The notes under the pieces are model-generated. The model was not told where the DNA came from, did no database searches, and was given only the letters and a program-made list of their open reading frames with translations. A stretch of 64,000 bases of DNA from Octopus vulgaris. Its lineage: Eukaryota. The DNA lies in assembly GCA_951406725.2 (NCBI GenBank), contig OX597817.1, positions 78,058,001-78,122,000 on the forward strand, read 5' to 3'. Position numbers and translations under genes: made by a program. Positions 12,529-24,460 of this stretch are shown here, one piece after another; the first letter of the stretch is position 1, and each line of letters starts with the position of its first letter.

Positions 12529-12763
12529 AAGGCGGTGAGCTGGCAGAAACATTAGCATGCCGGGCAAAATGCTTAGCGGTATTTTATCTGCTGTGACGTT
12601 CTGAGTTCAAATTCCACTGAGATCGACTTTACCTTTCATCCCTTTGGGGACGATAAATTAAGTACCAGTTACACTCTGGGGCTGATGTAATCGATTTAAT
12701 CCCTTTGTCTGTCCTTGTTTGTCCCCTCTATGTTTAGTTCCTTGTGGACAATAAAGAAATAAG
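12529..12763 (+). mobile_element. tRNA-derived SINE family B, full length
   Basis: GGCGGTGAGCTGGCAGAAAC..TGAGTTCAAATTCC..AATAAAGAAATAAG, flanked by an imperfect GAATATCTTG target-site duplication. Confidence 0.85.
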
Positions 12764-12884
12764 AATATCTTGAACAATAGGTACATTTTCTTGCTTTTTA
12801 TCTTCTTCGATGTAACAATGCTTGAAGCAAACTGCAACCTTCTTATATATATAACTTGGATCTGTAACTCCTCATATATCAAAT

Positions 12885-12966
12885 ATTACATTGAAGAGAG
12901 TCTTACCCACAAACATGGATTTATATTAGTTTATTATGGGTAAGAATCGAAACAATTGTATGTAAT
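12885..12966 (+). ncRNA. Type-I hammerhead ribozyme-like motif (C3U core, extended stem II)
   Basis: ATTACA-TTGAAGA-GAGTCTTACCCA...TGGGTAAGAATC-GAAA-CAATTG-TA^TGTAAT; stems I, II and III all pair. Confidence 0.7.
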
Positions 12967-13172
12967 TTGTATTTAATATTTATTATATGACTATAACATT
13001 ATATAATATTATGTTAATAAATTTTAATTTTTGAATTGACAATTGTTTATGTCCATTTTCTTTTCATTTTTATGTGTGTGTGTGTATGTATATATATATA
13101 TATATATATATATCTACACACTATATATATATATATATATATATATCTACACAATATATATATATATTTGTG

Positions 13173-13390
13173 TTCTTTTACTTATTTCAGTCATTTGGCT
13201 GTGGCTAGGCTGGAGTACTGCCTTTAGTTGCACAAATTGACCCCAGGACTTATTCTTTGTAAGCGCAGTACTTATTCTATCAGTCTCTTTTGCTGAACCA
13301 CTAAGTCATGGGGATGTAAACACACCAACATCGGTTGTCAAGATATGGTGGGGAGGGAGACAAAAACAGATACACAAATACATACATACA
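13173..13390 (-). mobile_element. SINE family A, 3' half
   Basis: Reverse complement of the family A 3' body (TTTTACTTATTTCAGTCATTT..). Confidence 0.8.
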
Positions 13391-13426
13391 CACATATATA
13401 TGTGGATGTATATATCTGTATATCTG

Positions 13427-13471
<45 letters not shown>

Positions 13472-13538
13472 TATGTATATATATATATGTATATAAATAC
13501 ATACATACATATACTCATATATATATACATACATACAT

Positions 13539-13575
<37 letters not shown>

Positions 13576-13999
13576 TCATCATCAACATCATTTAATGTCC
13601 ATTTCACATGCAAGAATTGATTAGATAGTTTGACAGAGGTTGGCATGGCCAGGAGCCACCCCAAATCCAATACCTGTTTTGGCATGGTTTCTACAGCTGC
13701 ATGTCCTTCCTGATATCTAACATTTTAAGAATCAAAACCAAAGTGGGCAGCAAGGATTGTCATCGTTATTATGAAAAGTCCAAGTGAATAATGAGATGAC
13801 CAATTTTGAACAAATTTTTCTGTTTATCATGTCTGTTAGTTTGTCAGTATAAAAACATATTTTCTCAGCTTTGAAATGATATTGAAAACGAATATCACTT
13901 TCAAGTGATATTCAAAATAAAATAATTTAATTGTATAGCTGTTACACATGAAGGTGTAATTAAACCAATGAATGAAAAAAGAAAAAAACGGTATTTATT

Positions 14000-14240
14000 G
14001 CTGCTGGCTTAGCGATTAGGGTGTCAGCACCATGATCGTTAGATTGTGGTTTCGATTCCTGCACCAGGCTACGCATTATGTTCTTGAGCAAAACACTTCA
14101 TTTCACGTTGCTTCAGTCCACTCAGCTGGTAAAAATGAGTAATGCTGTGATGGACTGGCGTCCCATCCAGCTGGGGAACACATACACCATAGAAACCAGG
14201 AAACCGAGCCCACGAGCCTGGCTAGACTTTAAAAGGGCGC
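14000..14240 (+). mobile_element. tRNA-derived SINE family C
   Basis: TGGCTTAGCGATTAGG (A-box), GGTTTCGATTCC (B-box), GATGGACTGGCGTCCCATCCAG domain. Related pieces lie at ~1000-1080, 14665-14830, 23200-23275 and 54855-55095. Confidence 0.75.
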
Positions 14241-14434
14241 ATTTTTTTTGTTATGTTTGGTGAGACTACTGACCTTAAAATGAAATCTTAGCTGTCACAT
14301 ATTTGTTGATCAGATGGAAAGACTTCAAGAAAGGTTTAATGGATCTTTTGTGTGTAAAGCGTAAGAAGCTGCATCACTGACAGAAGTTGTATATTGTTAT
14401 ACACATTCACTTAATTTGGTACTCTCTCAATCAG

Positions 14435-14570
14435 CCTCAGGAGTTTATGAATGTCAAATTTTCTTCCAAACTTTAAAAAAGAATTACGACTTTTATCTCA
14501 ACGTTGACAGCTGGAACAGACCTTACTTGATGAAATCGTTGGAAGATGAGCTCCAAAGTTATAGTTATAT
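14435..14570 (+). CDS. Candidate coding exon, unknown plus-strand gene
   Basis: ctctctcaatcag acceptor; open SGVYECQIFFQTLKKNYDFYLNVDSWNRPYLMKSLEDELQSYSY; donor gtacgt. Confidence 0.3.
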
Positions 14571-15257
14571 GTACGTTTCTTGTGTCTTAATAACTACTTC
14601 AAAATGGTGCATTTTAGGCAGGGAAACTATTTTCATTTTCAGACTCTCCTTATAATAAAAATTGTATTCTGAGCAACACACTTCATTTCACATTGTTCCA
14701 GTCCACCACTCAGCTGACAAAAATGAGTCATCCTGCAATGGACTGGCATCCTATCCAGGAGTTAATATATATTTCACAGAAACTGGGAAACTGGTCCTAT
14801 GAGTAGTCTATAAGGAAACCTACTTTACTTCTGGTCCTGACGTCTCCCTTCAATCCTCCACAAGTATGATGGCACTCAAATCAATGTGGTAGTGAAGCAA
14901 ATATCTAAACCATGCAGCTATGATTGCACTTATGATGTATGTAATATAGAAATTTTATAAAGATTTAAGTTCATGTACTTTAGACTAAATCTATGTTTTT
15001 TAACTGATACTTCATGTGTAATTAAAGTAAATTAAATACACTAGACAATTGTAAACAACTGTCTGTTTTTATCTTTATATAGTTTCTTCAAAGGCAGAAC
15101 ATCAAAACAACCACTGCATTTAATTTCTCAATGGTTTATTTAAAAGTAAAAATGAAAAATGGAAAAAAAAAACAAAACAAAAATCAAAACGGAATGTAAA
15201 AGACAAAAGATAATATGTACTGTTTTAACTGAGATTAACATTAAAGTGAATGTAATA

Positions 15258-15480
15258 TCATGGCTTCATCATCATCATCGTCGTCGTCGTCGTCATCATC
15301 ATCATCGTCATCATCATCATCGTTGTCGTCATTGTCGTCATCATCATCATCATCATCATCATTATCATTGTTGTCATCATCATCATCATCATCGTTGTCA
15401 TTATTGTCATTGTTGTCATCACCATTGTCATCATCGTCATCATCATTATCATCATCATCATCATCATCATCATGCGCATC
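15258..15480. repeat. (CAT)n expansion at the tail of a minus-strand RTE-type 3' end
   Basis: (CAT/CGT)n followed by GTTTAACGTCCATTTTTCTATG, the reverse complement of the RTE tail. Confidence 0.85.
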
Positions 15481-15617
15481 AACATCTTCGGTTTAACGTC
15501 CATTTTTCTATGATGCCATGGGTCAGATGGAATTCATTGAGGCAGATATTTTATGCCTGGATGCCCTTCTTGTCACCAATACTCACCTTTCCCACATGGT
15601 AATATTTTTCCACACCC

Positions 15618-16045
15618 TAAAGCGATCAGTTGGCAGATTCGTTAGCATTCTGGACAAAATTCTTAGCAGCATCTTGTCCATCTTTGCATTCTGACTTCAA
15701 ATTCCACCAATGTCAACTTTGCCTTTCATCTTTTTGGGGTCAATAAAATAAGTACCAGCGTAGTACTTGGGTCGAAGTAATTGAGTTAAACCTTCCCCTG
15801 AATTTTCTAGCATTGTGCCAAAATTTGAAATCAGTATTTTTCCAGTGCCTAAGGTGATGGCAGAATTGTTAGCAACTTGGGCAAAATGCTTAGTGGCTTT
15901 TCATCTGTTTTCACATTTTGAGTTCAAATTCCACCAAGGTCAGTTATATGTTTCGTCCTTTTGGTGTCAATAAAATAAGTACCAGTTGAGCACTGGGATC
16001 AAAATTACTTGCCCTGAACTTGATGGCATTGTGCTAAAATTGGAA
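15618..16045 (+). mobile_element. Two tandem SINE family B copies
   Basis: Repeated GGCAGA..TTAGCA..TTCAAATTCCACC..AAAATAAGTACCAG at ~15618 and ~15850. Confidence 0.75.
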
Positions 16046-16303
16046 ATCTATATCTTTCCACAGCTTGACTATTTTTTGTTACAGAAAATTGGAAATGCGT
16101 TGTGTGATTGATATGTGCTTTAAACATTATGTGATTTGAAGACAAGAAAGAATATACACCCACCTAGACACACACACACACATACACATATAAATGCATG
16201 CTAAACACATACATATATACATCCATCCACGTACATATATACACACATACATACACACATAGCTAGCTGGCTAGCTAGCTAGCCAGCTAGCTAGCTAGCT
16301 AGC

Positions 16304-16371
<68 letters not shown>

Positions 16372-16720
16372 CAGAAAAAGAGGATACCTATGGACAGCTG
16401 CTTTGAGACCTCCAGCTTCTATATCCAGGCTATGAATTGATATTCATACTAATAATAATTGGAGCACTAGGTTTGTTATTAAATGCTTAAAGGAGAATCT
16501 GGATAAACTAGGATTTTCAGAAAGAGAAATCAATCGGCTGATTCATACATTATAAGTCCAATCTGTGAGTGGAACAGTAAAAATATGCAAGACTTTTCTC
16601 AAGTTTCAAATGTGAACTTGTCTGTGTTAACTACATCCCAAAGATGGAGACTTTCATGGTGTATTTTTATTTCAATTGTAATGCACACCATTCTTCTGCT
16701 TCTTTGACAATGACAATGAC
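16372..16720 (+). mobile_element. 3' end of an RLE-type (R4/Dong-like) non-LTR element beside (GATA)n
   Basis: Translates as KEDTYGQLL*DLQLLYPGYELIFILIIIGALG..KENLDKLGFSEREINRLI..VSGTVKICKTFLKF; homologous to 40098-40310. Confidence 0.7.
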
Positions 16721-16734
16721 AAGTCCCTTAACCC

Positions 16735-16961
16735 CTTAGGGGTCATTGGGGTGCTGCAGCCATGCAGCATATCTAGAGTCAGAAAACCTAGCAGAGCCCA
16801 TCCCTCCCCAGGTTAAACTCATTTCTACAGGTGAATGGACCAGAGCAATAGGAGATGAAGTGTTTTGCTCAGGAACATAATGGATTGCCTGGTCCAGGAA
16901 ATGAAACCACAATCTTATGATCATGAGTCCAGCACTCTAACCACTAAGCCACATGCCTCCA
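16735..16961 (-). mobile_element. tRNA-derived SINE
   Basis: The minus strand starts GTGGAGGCATGTGGCTTAGTGGTTAGAGTG..GGTTTCATTTCC..GTCCATTCACCTGTAGAAATGAG. Confidence 0.7.
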
Positions 16962-17143
16962 CCCAGCCATGCACCTCTACCCACCAAAGCACTTCCACCC
17001 AGCCACGTGCCTTCATCCAGTCATGAACCTCCACCCAGCTATGTTCCTCCACCCAGCCATGCACCTCCACCCAGCTATGCACCTCCACCCAGCCATGTAC
17101 CTCCACCCAGCTATGCACCTCCACCCAGCCATGCACCTCCACC
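16956..17143. repeat. 18-bp minisatellite (~10 units, CCTCCACCCAGCCATGCA)
   Basis: Directly visible; encodes the WVEVHG/PPPSHA pseudo-ORFs. Confidence 0.9.
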
Positions 17144-17399
17144 TTTCTTTTCATTTTTTATCTTTTTCTGTTTCTTTTTATTTAAATGTTATAATTTAAA
17201 ATGCGATTGTTGAAATAAAGCTTTTTCCATGGTTTTCTAAAAATCTAACAAAGGTAACGAATAAAACGAAAAAAATATTCTTTAATTACTTGCTGTTTTA
17301 TTTAAGTGGTTCGTTAAATGGTTCAATGCAGAATGATAAGAGAGTATGTCAATTTCAGGACAGATGGTAAGTGAAAACAGCAAGCATATGAAAGACATA

Positions 17400-18179
17400 T
17401 GTGGTTTGATTAATAAGTATCTGGACTGTTGCCATAGTAACAAAGCTAGAGCACACAGAGTGGAGGTGCTTGGCACAGATTGGCCTTAAACTCTGTTGTG
17501 CATGTTTTAAAGTTCCAGCTGACTTCTACTGTTTACAGCAGTGTTTGGAAAGAACATTTATAGCATGTGATCATCTCATTGACCATGACAGAGAAAGTTG
17601 AGCAGAGAATCTGCATCAAATTTTGTCAAAAGCTTGGTGATAAATGCTCAGAGGCCTATGCAAAGTTTTCGAAGTGTTTCCATCGTTCTTGACACAATCA
17701 AGGAGATTTTGTGCAACTGAAACCCAAGTGTCTTTTTAGTCAGCTGAAAATAGTTTTGGCACAAACTTGGCAGACATGTGTTTCATACCCAAATCTTCTT
17801 TGATAATGGATTGAACTGAACTGTAACTAATTTGCACATCCTCTGATAACTCACAAATGGTGGTTTGATGATTTCTGCTCACAGCAGCATGCACATCTGC
17901 AATGTTTTTCTCAGTTTTGCTGGTTGTGGGTCTCCCAGATTTTTTGTCACTATTGACATTTTATCAGTCATCTTGAAACCGTCTGAGCCACTTGTACACT
18001 TGTGTGCATCTCATACACTCCTCTCCATGCACTGCTGTAAACAGAAGGGAGCTAGAATGTTAAAACATAATGCACATATCTAGCAGAGTTCAACGTCAAT
18101 CTGTGCCAAGCGACGTCACTCTGCATCCTTTAGCTTTGTTACTATAGCAACAGTCTGGATACTTATTGATCAGACTTTG
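17400..18179. mobile_element. Rearranged non-autonomous mariner
   Basis: ~95-bp inverted termini with TA TSDs. Left part reads MTEKVEQRICIKFCQKLG (+); right part reads VYKWLRRF..SGRPTTSKTEKNI..DLGMKHMSAKFVPK (-). Confidence 0.8.
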
Positions 18180-18440
18180 TATGATCAATACAAAGTCTTT
18201 GTGTGTCCAGTTTGTTGTCTCAGAAATTTCAAAATATTATATATTATTTGTAAACTTAATTTGTCCAGTTCAAAAATGTTGGTAGATATTGTGGCTACAG
18301 AAATATATAGATGCATAAATGATGACCTGGTGCTAACAAAATATTTTGTTGTTCAATACAGAGTTTTAATATGTTGTTAAATTTTATCATCTAGCATTAT
18401 ATAGATCTCAAAGGTACCAAATTAGTGGAACTGTAATGTA

Positions 18441-19005
18441 TTGGGTTGTCTGGAAAGTTCATGCCAATTTTTAAAGGAAAGAAAAAGGTCAATAAATGCA
18501 TGCCATTACATTTTTAATCAACCAAATATGAACCATTTTGTTGCACAATGTGTCTCCATCTTTCCTTTAACTTTAAATACCCTCTTCCCAGAATTGAGGT
18601 GGATTCATGGCAAAGAATTCATCAAGTTATCTTTTTACGTCATCCAAGGAATTGAAATTTTTACAATTAAGACTATTCTGCAGAGACCTGAATAAGTAGA
18701 AATCCAAAGGAGCAATATCTGGTGAATATGGAGGGTGGGGTAACACATCCCAGTCGAGCTGCAACAAATTTTGTCTGGTTCCCAAAGCATCAAGTGCTGA
18801 AAATGAACTTTCTTATCTTCCATTTTAAAGGGTTACAGAATTAAGACAGGTTATAGGAACATAAACCTTCTTCCATGAAAAGATAGCTTAAACTGTGCTC
18901 TAAATGGAGGTGTAGTCAAATCCTATTTTATGGACTCAACCATGTTCTAAAGTAAGTTGAAAGGTAAGCTACTATAAATTGGCATGAACTTTCTGGACAA
19001 CCCAA
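18441..19005 (-). mobile_element. Internally deleted mariner
   Basis: TA|TTGGGTTGTCTGGAAAGTTCATGCCAATTT ... AAATTGGCATGAACTTTCTGGACAACCCAA|TA; the minus strand encodes PHPPYSPDIAPLDFYLFRSLQN. Confidence 0.88.
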
Positions 19006-19009
19006 TATA

Positions 19010-19445
19010 AGGGTTTTGTTGCTGAAGACATAGCAGTAACTGATCAAGGATGATAAACTTACAGCCTCTAAGCAGATCTGTTGTCTCCCTCTCTCTCAGC
19101 AACATACTTTATAGTATGTGGCTCAGTTCTTGTGCCACAGTTTTGTACCAAGTTTTGCATTTGAATCTAAGAGCATTAGGTTGGTCTATAAGCAAGGGGA
19201 CTGCTTTAGTAGGCAGTTGAGCCTTGGTTTTCTGAGACTTGCAATAATAGGAACAATCTTTAAAGCCTAGAGTACCTGTAACAAATTTCAAAATATCTGG
19301 AAATCAAATATTTTAAAGCTGTTAAGGCTGGCTTTCTTCAGGACATGTATAGAGAAATTCCACAATGGAGCTAATATTTGGACAATAAAGAAGATACTTC
19401 AGAAACACCTTGATGGTACTGATGGCTCAAAATATTTCATGGTTT
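19010..19445 (+). mobile_element. Highly decayed RTE-like LINE fragment
   Basis: Residual LAFFRTCIE..GANIWTIKKILQKHLDGT..QNISW, resembling an RTE C-terminal region. Confidence 0.45.
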
Positions 19446-20165
19446 GTGTACAGTATAAAATACTAGATTTAGGGATATATTTCACTGTTCTCTGCTCCTG
19501 TTGCTCAATATAGGGTGGGCTCTGTTGCCCACTGCTATTACGTTGAACACTAGACCATAACAGATGTTATATATTGTTTGTTTGTATGTATGTATGTATT
19601 TATGTATGTATGTATGTATGTATGTATGTATGTATGTATGTATGTATGTATGTTTGTCATGATTGAGTTTTATTTCAAGGTTTCTTACCAATAGAAAAAG
19701 AGCCAGTTTCTAACCTAGATCAAAGGTTCCTTCATTGGAATTTCAATATCAACAGGGTATTTTTGCATGTACGTATGTATATATGCAGAATCGTATGTTT
19801 TGTTTTATGTAGGCATTCTCAGGCATATAGTTGCATATCTAGACATGTTCATATATACTTATATATTTATGTATGTTAGTATTCATGTATTTTACCCATC
19901 TTGTCTATGGATCATATTGACATACTCTCACATTTTGTACTGAACTGTTTAACCAGGCCTTAACAGATGTTATATTTTGGAAGATTCTGCACCAGAATAC
20001 AAGTCAAATACATTTCAAATACATTGAAGTTTTCAGCAGAGACACACAGCATAAAAAATTGAGGACCACCTAAAGTTTATGTGCTGGGTGGGGGAAATGA
20101 ATCCTGGAGCAGTATGGTGAAAGGCATCTCAGTTGGAGCCACTTGAAGAAGGAAGAAAGTTTAAC

Positions 20166-20300
20166 CTGTGATATAAAGCTTTCTCTCCTTCAGAAGATGA
20201 TTCTCCTCCTTTGGTAAACATTATGTAATCAACAGTTACAGAAAATCGTAAAAAGATTAAAATAATTTCCAATTTTCTATCGAAGCTCAGCCAGTCTCTT
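20166..20300 (-). CDS. Candidate 135-nt coding exon, unknown minus-strand gene
   Basis: ttaactttag acceptor and gttaaa donor; only one frame is open: RDWLSFDRKLEIILIFLRFSVTVDYIMFTKGGESSSEGEKALYH. Confidence 0.35.
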
Positions 20301-20835
20301 CTAAAGTTAACAGAATGTAATGGGTATGACAATACCATCTTTTACTGCGATAATTTTATCACCTTCAAAGGACATTTTCCCTATCCCATAATGCATGGAA
20401 ATTTCTCCCTACTTATGCAGTCTTGAATTATGAGAAGTAGAAGAGTCCCTTCTTTTATACTTTATTTATCATCCTCCTCCTCCTCCTCCTCCTCCTCCTC
20501 CTCCTCATCATCATCATCATCATCAATATTATTATCAACATTATCATCCTATTTGTTAGATTGAAATTTCAATTGAGATAAAAATAAATCATGGAAATAA
20601 ATGAATTTTAAAGTCTTAATAAATAAAATGTGACAACAACAACAACAAAAGCAAAAAGAAAACAAGAGGGACGAGTGGGGGATAAAATGAAATGAAATGG
20701 AACAAAAATAATTTCTAAAAAAATAAAACACAAAACATGCACCCACTTATTGTTCTTAAGACTTGCTATTAGTCAAATCGAAACATTATGAATCATCCAT
20801 TTGTGTTCGTGTTCATATCTCTATATGTTTGTCCC

Positions 20836-20913
<78 letters not shown>

Positions 20914-21215
20914 AACATATATGTATATATACATATATACACATACAAACACACACATATATATATGCATAAATATATATATATATATATATACACATGC
21001 ACACTTATATATTTGTAAATATATTTCTTTATATGTATATGCATGTGTGTATGTAGTGAATGTGCATGTATATTAAGCATTATAATGCTCACAAGCAAGC
21101 AAATACCTACACACAAATACACACACACATATGCATATATCCATGTAGATACATACATTTATACATACATATATATGTGTGTGTGTGTGTGTCTATCTAT
21201 CTATCTATATCTAGA

Positions 21216-21251
<36 letters not shown>

Positions 21252-21363
21252 CATACACAAATATATACATATACACACAAACATCTATACATACACACAC
21301 ACACACAATTATATACATAGATATGTATATATATATATAAATATACATAAATATCTATCTATC

Positions 21364-21400
<37 letters not shown>

Positions 21401-21928
21401 GTTCTTTATTTTTTTTATATTTCTCATTAAAATCATAATAAATCATTTTTGTTTTAATTAAACTTCTGCGCATGAAACAAGGAAAGAAATCCATTATTTG
21501 GTTGCAACATAAAGCATTCTCTATACCAAAGAGGTGACTCGGTCTAAACTACTTAGGGCTTCTGGCAAAATTTTTGTTGTTATTTGCTTCCACCAATTAT
21601 TGTTATTTATTGTTATTTTTAAAATATGGAAATGAATATAATATCAGCTGTGAAGCTGGAGTATCGACAAAGATTTTTACTCTGAAGATGTTACATGAAA
21701 TGTGAGTTCTATTAAATAAATGTAAAAGATATATATATATATATACATATGTAGATACAAATATAATACAATATAATATAATGTAATATAATGCGATAAA
21801 ATATACTTTGTGCATGTATTTAATAAATTTGGTTTGCAACCATGAGATTTCAGGTTCAGTCCCACTGTGTGAAACCTTGAGCTAGTGTATTTTACAAATA
21901 AAACTGAAATATATACATACACATATAC

Positions 21929-21964
<36 letters not shown>

Positions 21965-22219
21965 TATACACATATATGTGTCTATATAAATACATATATA
22001 TACATACATACATTTATATATATATATATATATATATACACATACACACACACACATATATATATACATACATACATATATATATATATACATACATACA
22101 TATATATATACATACAAAACGAGAAGTTGCATTGTGGAACAGTTATTTTAATGAGTTGTATTTATTATCCAACGAGATACATCTGCACCACTGGATACTA
22201 CAGAACCAGTTGCTGAGTG

Positions 22220-22266
22220 TCCCACTCGTGAGGGATTGATGCTAGATGTGTCGAAACAATTGTCGT
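22220..22266 (+). ncRNA. Degenerate hammerhead-like motif in a Penelope-like terminus
   Basis: GAAA-CAATTG-TC^GTG is intact but the core has decayed (CTCGTGA); followed by AATAAA and (TA)n. Confidence 0.4.
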
Positions 22267-22361
22267 GATTATCAATAAATTCTCGTATATTCCATCTTCC
22301 ATCTTTCATTTGCTATATTTATATATATATATATATATTATAGTGGGGTAAGTCAGTTTTG

Positions 22362-22422
22362 GGGGTTACCCTGTGTTTCTTGCTCATAAGGGGTTTAGCC
22401 TTACAGCATACCTTCAGACCCC
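22362..22422 (-). ncRNA. Type-I hammerhead-like motif (left arm)
   Basis: Minus strand: GGGGT-CTGAAGG-...-GAAAC-ACAGG-GTA^ACCCC; perfect 5-bp stem I. Confidence 0.55.
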
Positions 22423-22427
22423 TGTTT

Positions 22428-22488
22428 GGGGCTTGAAGATGCGCCATAAAGCTAATGCCCTTATGAGCAAGAAACTTAGGGTAACTCC
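22428..22488 (+). ncRNA. Type-I hammerhead-like motif (right arm)
   Basis: GGGGC-TTGAAGA-TGC..CATAA..TTATG..GCA-A-GAAAC-TTAGG-GTA^ACTCC. Confidence 0.5.
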
Positions 22489-22592
22489 ATAAACCTGCCT
22501 ACTCTACTATAATATTAACTGCTCTACATCTAAGAGTGTGCTTCTCCTCCAGATTTATGTATTTCAACAAACGATATATATATATTTATATA

Positions 22593-22739
22593 CATGATGG
22601 CCGTCCACTCATGACCTAGGAAAATCATTACTGACATGTAGGAATATTGTGTGCTCAAGATTACATTATACTTTACACTTGTGGTTCCATGTCATTCTCT
22701 GTCTGGTCAATTTAGCGTGAGTGATGGATGTCCATCATG
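22593..22739. repeat. Imperfect fold-back element
   Basis: CATGATGGCCGTCC-ACTCA versus TGAGTGATGGATGTCCATCATG; inner TGACC/GGTCA and TGACA/TGTCA pairs. Confidence 0.6.
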
Positions 22740-22862
22740 CACTTGAAAAGCAAAGAGAATACGTATAAAATCTGGTTGGAACTTGAATATTTCATATACA
22801 TACATACATACATACATACATACATACATACATACATACATGCATACATATATATATATCAA

Positions 22863-23002
22863 TTGTTAAGGCTATCTTTACAAATACTATATAGAAATTA
22901 TAGCCAGCCCTCATTTTTTTACGATGTTTTGTATCCAAGACATAAGAAAAATTAGTGCTGGCTATAATTTCTATAGAATATCCGTAAAGATAACCTTAAC
23001 AA
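22863..23002. repeat. 140-bp palindrome (MITE-like)
   Basis: TTGTTAAGGCTATCTTTAC..ATAGAAATTATAGCCAGC versus GCTGGCTATAATTTCTAT..GTAAAGATAACCTTAACAA. Confidence 0.85.
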
Positions 23003-23564
23003 GTGATGGGAAGCACACTGCTAACATAGTAGAATATGGTATTGACTTATAAAACATTTAATATACTTTATAGTAATATTATGGTTGCCTAACAAAATAC
23101 CTTGTCCCTACAAATCATTAATATATATATATATATTAAAAAAAGAAATACAAGTGACGATCTATCAATTTATTTATATTACAATATAATATAATATAAT
23201 GCTGCGATGGAGTGGCATCCTGTCCAGCTGAAGAACACATACGCCATTGAAACCAGGAAACCGGGCCCATGAGCGCTTTCCCATGGCATCAGCATGAGTG
23301 CAATATATACACATTTCATTTTCATCATCATCATCAACAATTTTACTTTTCTATTCTTGAATGACTTGGACAGAATTTGTTGAGGTAGATGCCCTTCTGT
23401 TCATCAACCCTCACCTGTTTCCAAGTAAAGTAATGTTTTCTTTTGACCAGGCATGACTTCAAAGGAAACTGGAAATGAAAGATACTGCCTACCTTATGGT
23501 GACATTCACAACTATGATGCAATATCAAGGCAAAGCACCAGCAATACACATGCACACACACACA

Positions 23565-23606
<42 letters not shown>

Positions 23607-24460
23607 TATGACATTCTTATTTCAGTTCCTGTCTACCAAATCCACTCACAAAGCTTTGGCCACTCAAGGCTTTCCTAGTTCTTCAGGGCATTCAACTCTA
23701 AAGAATGTTCCACAAATATCCCAACTGTTATTTTTTTACAAGATGCATAAAAGTACATTATCCAGTGCATTCTTTCCTTGTTTAAGATGTCAGGGTGTTG
23801 ATTTCAGAGAGATTTAGCAGCTATTTCCAGCAATTCAGACTGCCACATTGAGGAGACTATTTCATTGGCTCGATAAAACTTTATTGCATTCCTTGGTGGA
23901 GAGGTGATTAACAAAAGGTGAGAAGTGAGACAGTTAGTACTCCCACAGCAAACCAAGTTGTGGGAGTCATTGGTCAAATAACAAAATTGATGGGAAAACT
24001 CATAAAAAGCATAAAAACAAAAAGCTTAAATAGTCTTTGATCATATGTTATTTAATGCATTTTGTGTATATTTATTTCTTAATCACTACCGCCACCACCA
24101 TTGTCCCCCACAACACACCGTAGACTAAGAAAATATGACAGGCAGTCTATTGTTTATCGTCTAATTAGTTCAGCACTAGAAAGTGTTGTCATTAACCTCA
24201 ATAAGCTCAAACACCATCATGATTTATACCGGTACGACTAGTATTTCTGTTTCTTTTCTTTTTTATAATCTGTGAAGTGAGGTTTGAATAGAATGGAATT
24301 TAAGTGGAAGGAAAGGAATTACTTTCTCGTCTAGGAAATGTCAAAGATTGTGGGGCAGGTCAGGGTAAAGGAACAGTTTTGTCCTGTATACAGTTTCCCG
24401 CTCTCCAACAATACTCTAGACAAATGGTACCAACATTGATTCTTCTCTAACTTTCTGCAA

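Larger units (their letters stand above)
22335..22515. repeat. ~180-bp palindrome made of two divergent hammerhead-bearing arms
   Basis: 22335-22422 is an imperfect reverse complement of 22428-22515, with a 5-nt spacer TGTTT. Confidence 0.85.

Noticed and set aside
15159-15602. Poly-His/Cys 'metal-binding' ORF
   Set aside because: An expanded (CAT)n tail of a retroelement 3' end.
16921-17213. Repeat protein (WVEVHG)n or CRISPR-like array
   Set aside because: Head-to-tail 18-bp units with no spacers, derived from a SINE head; eukaryotic context and no cas genes.
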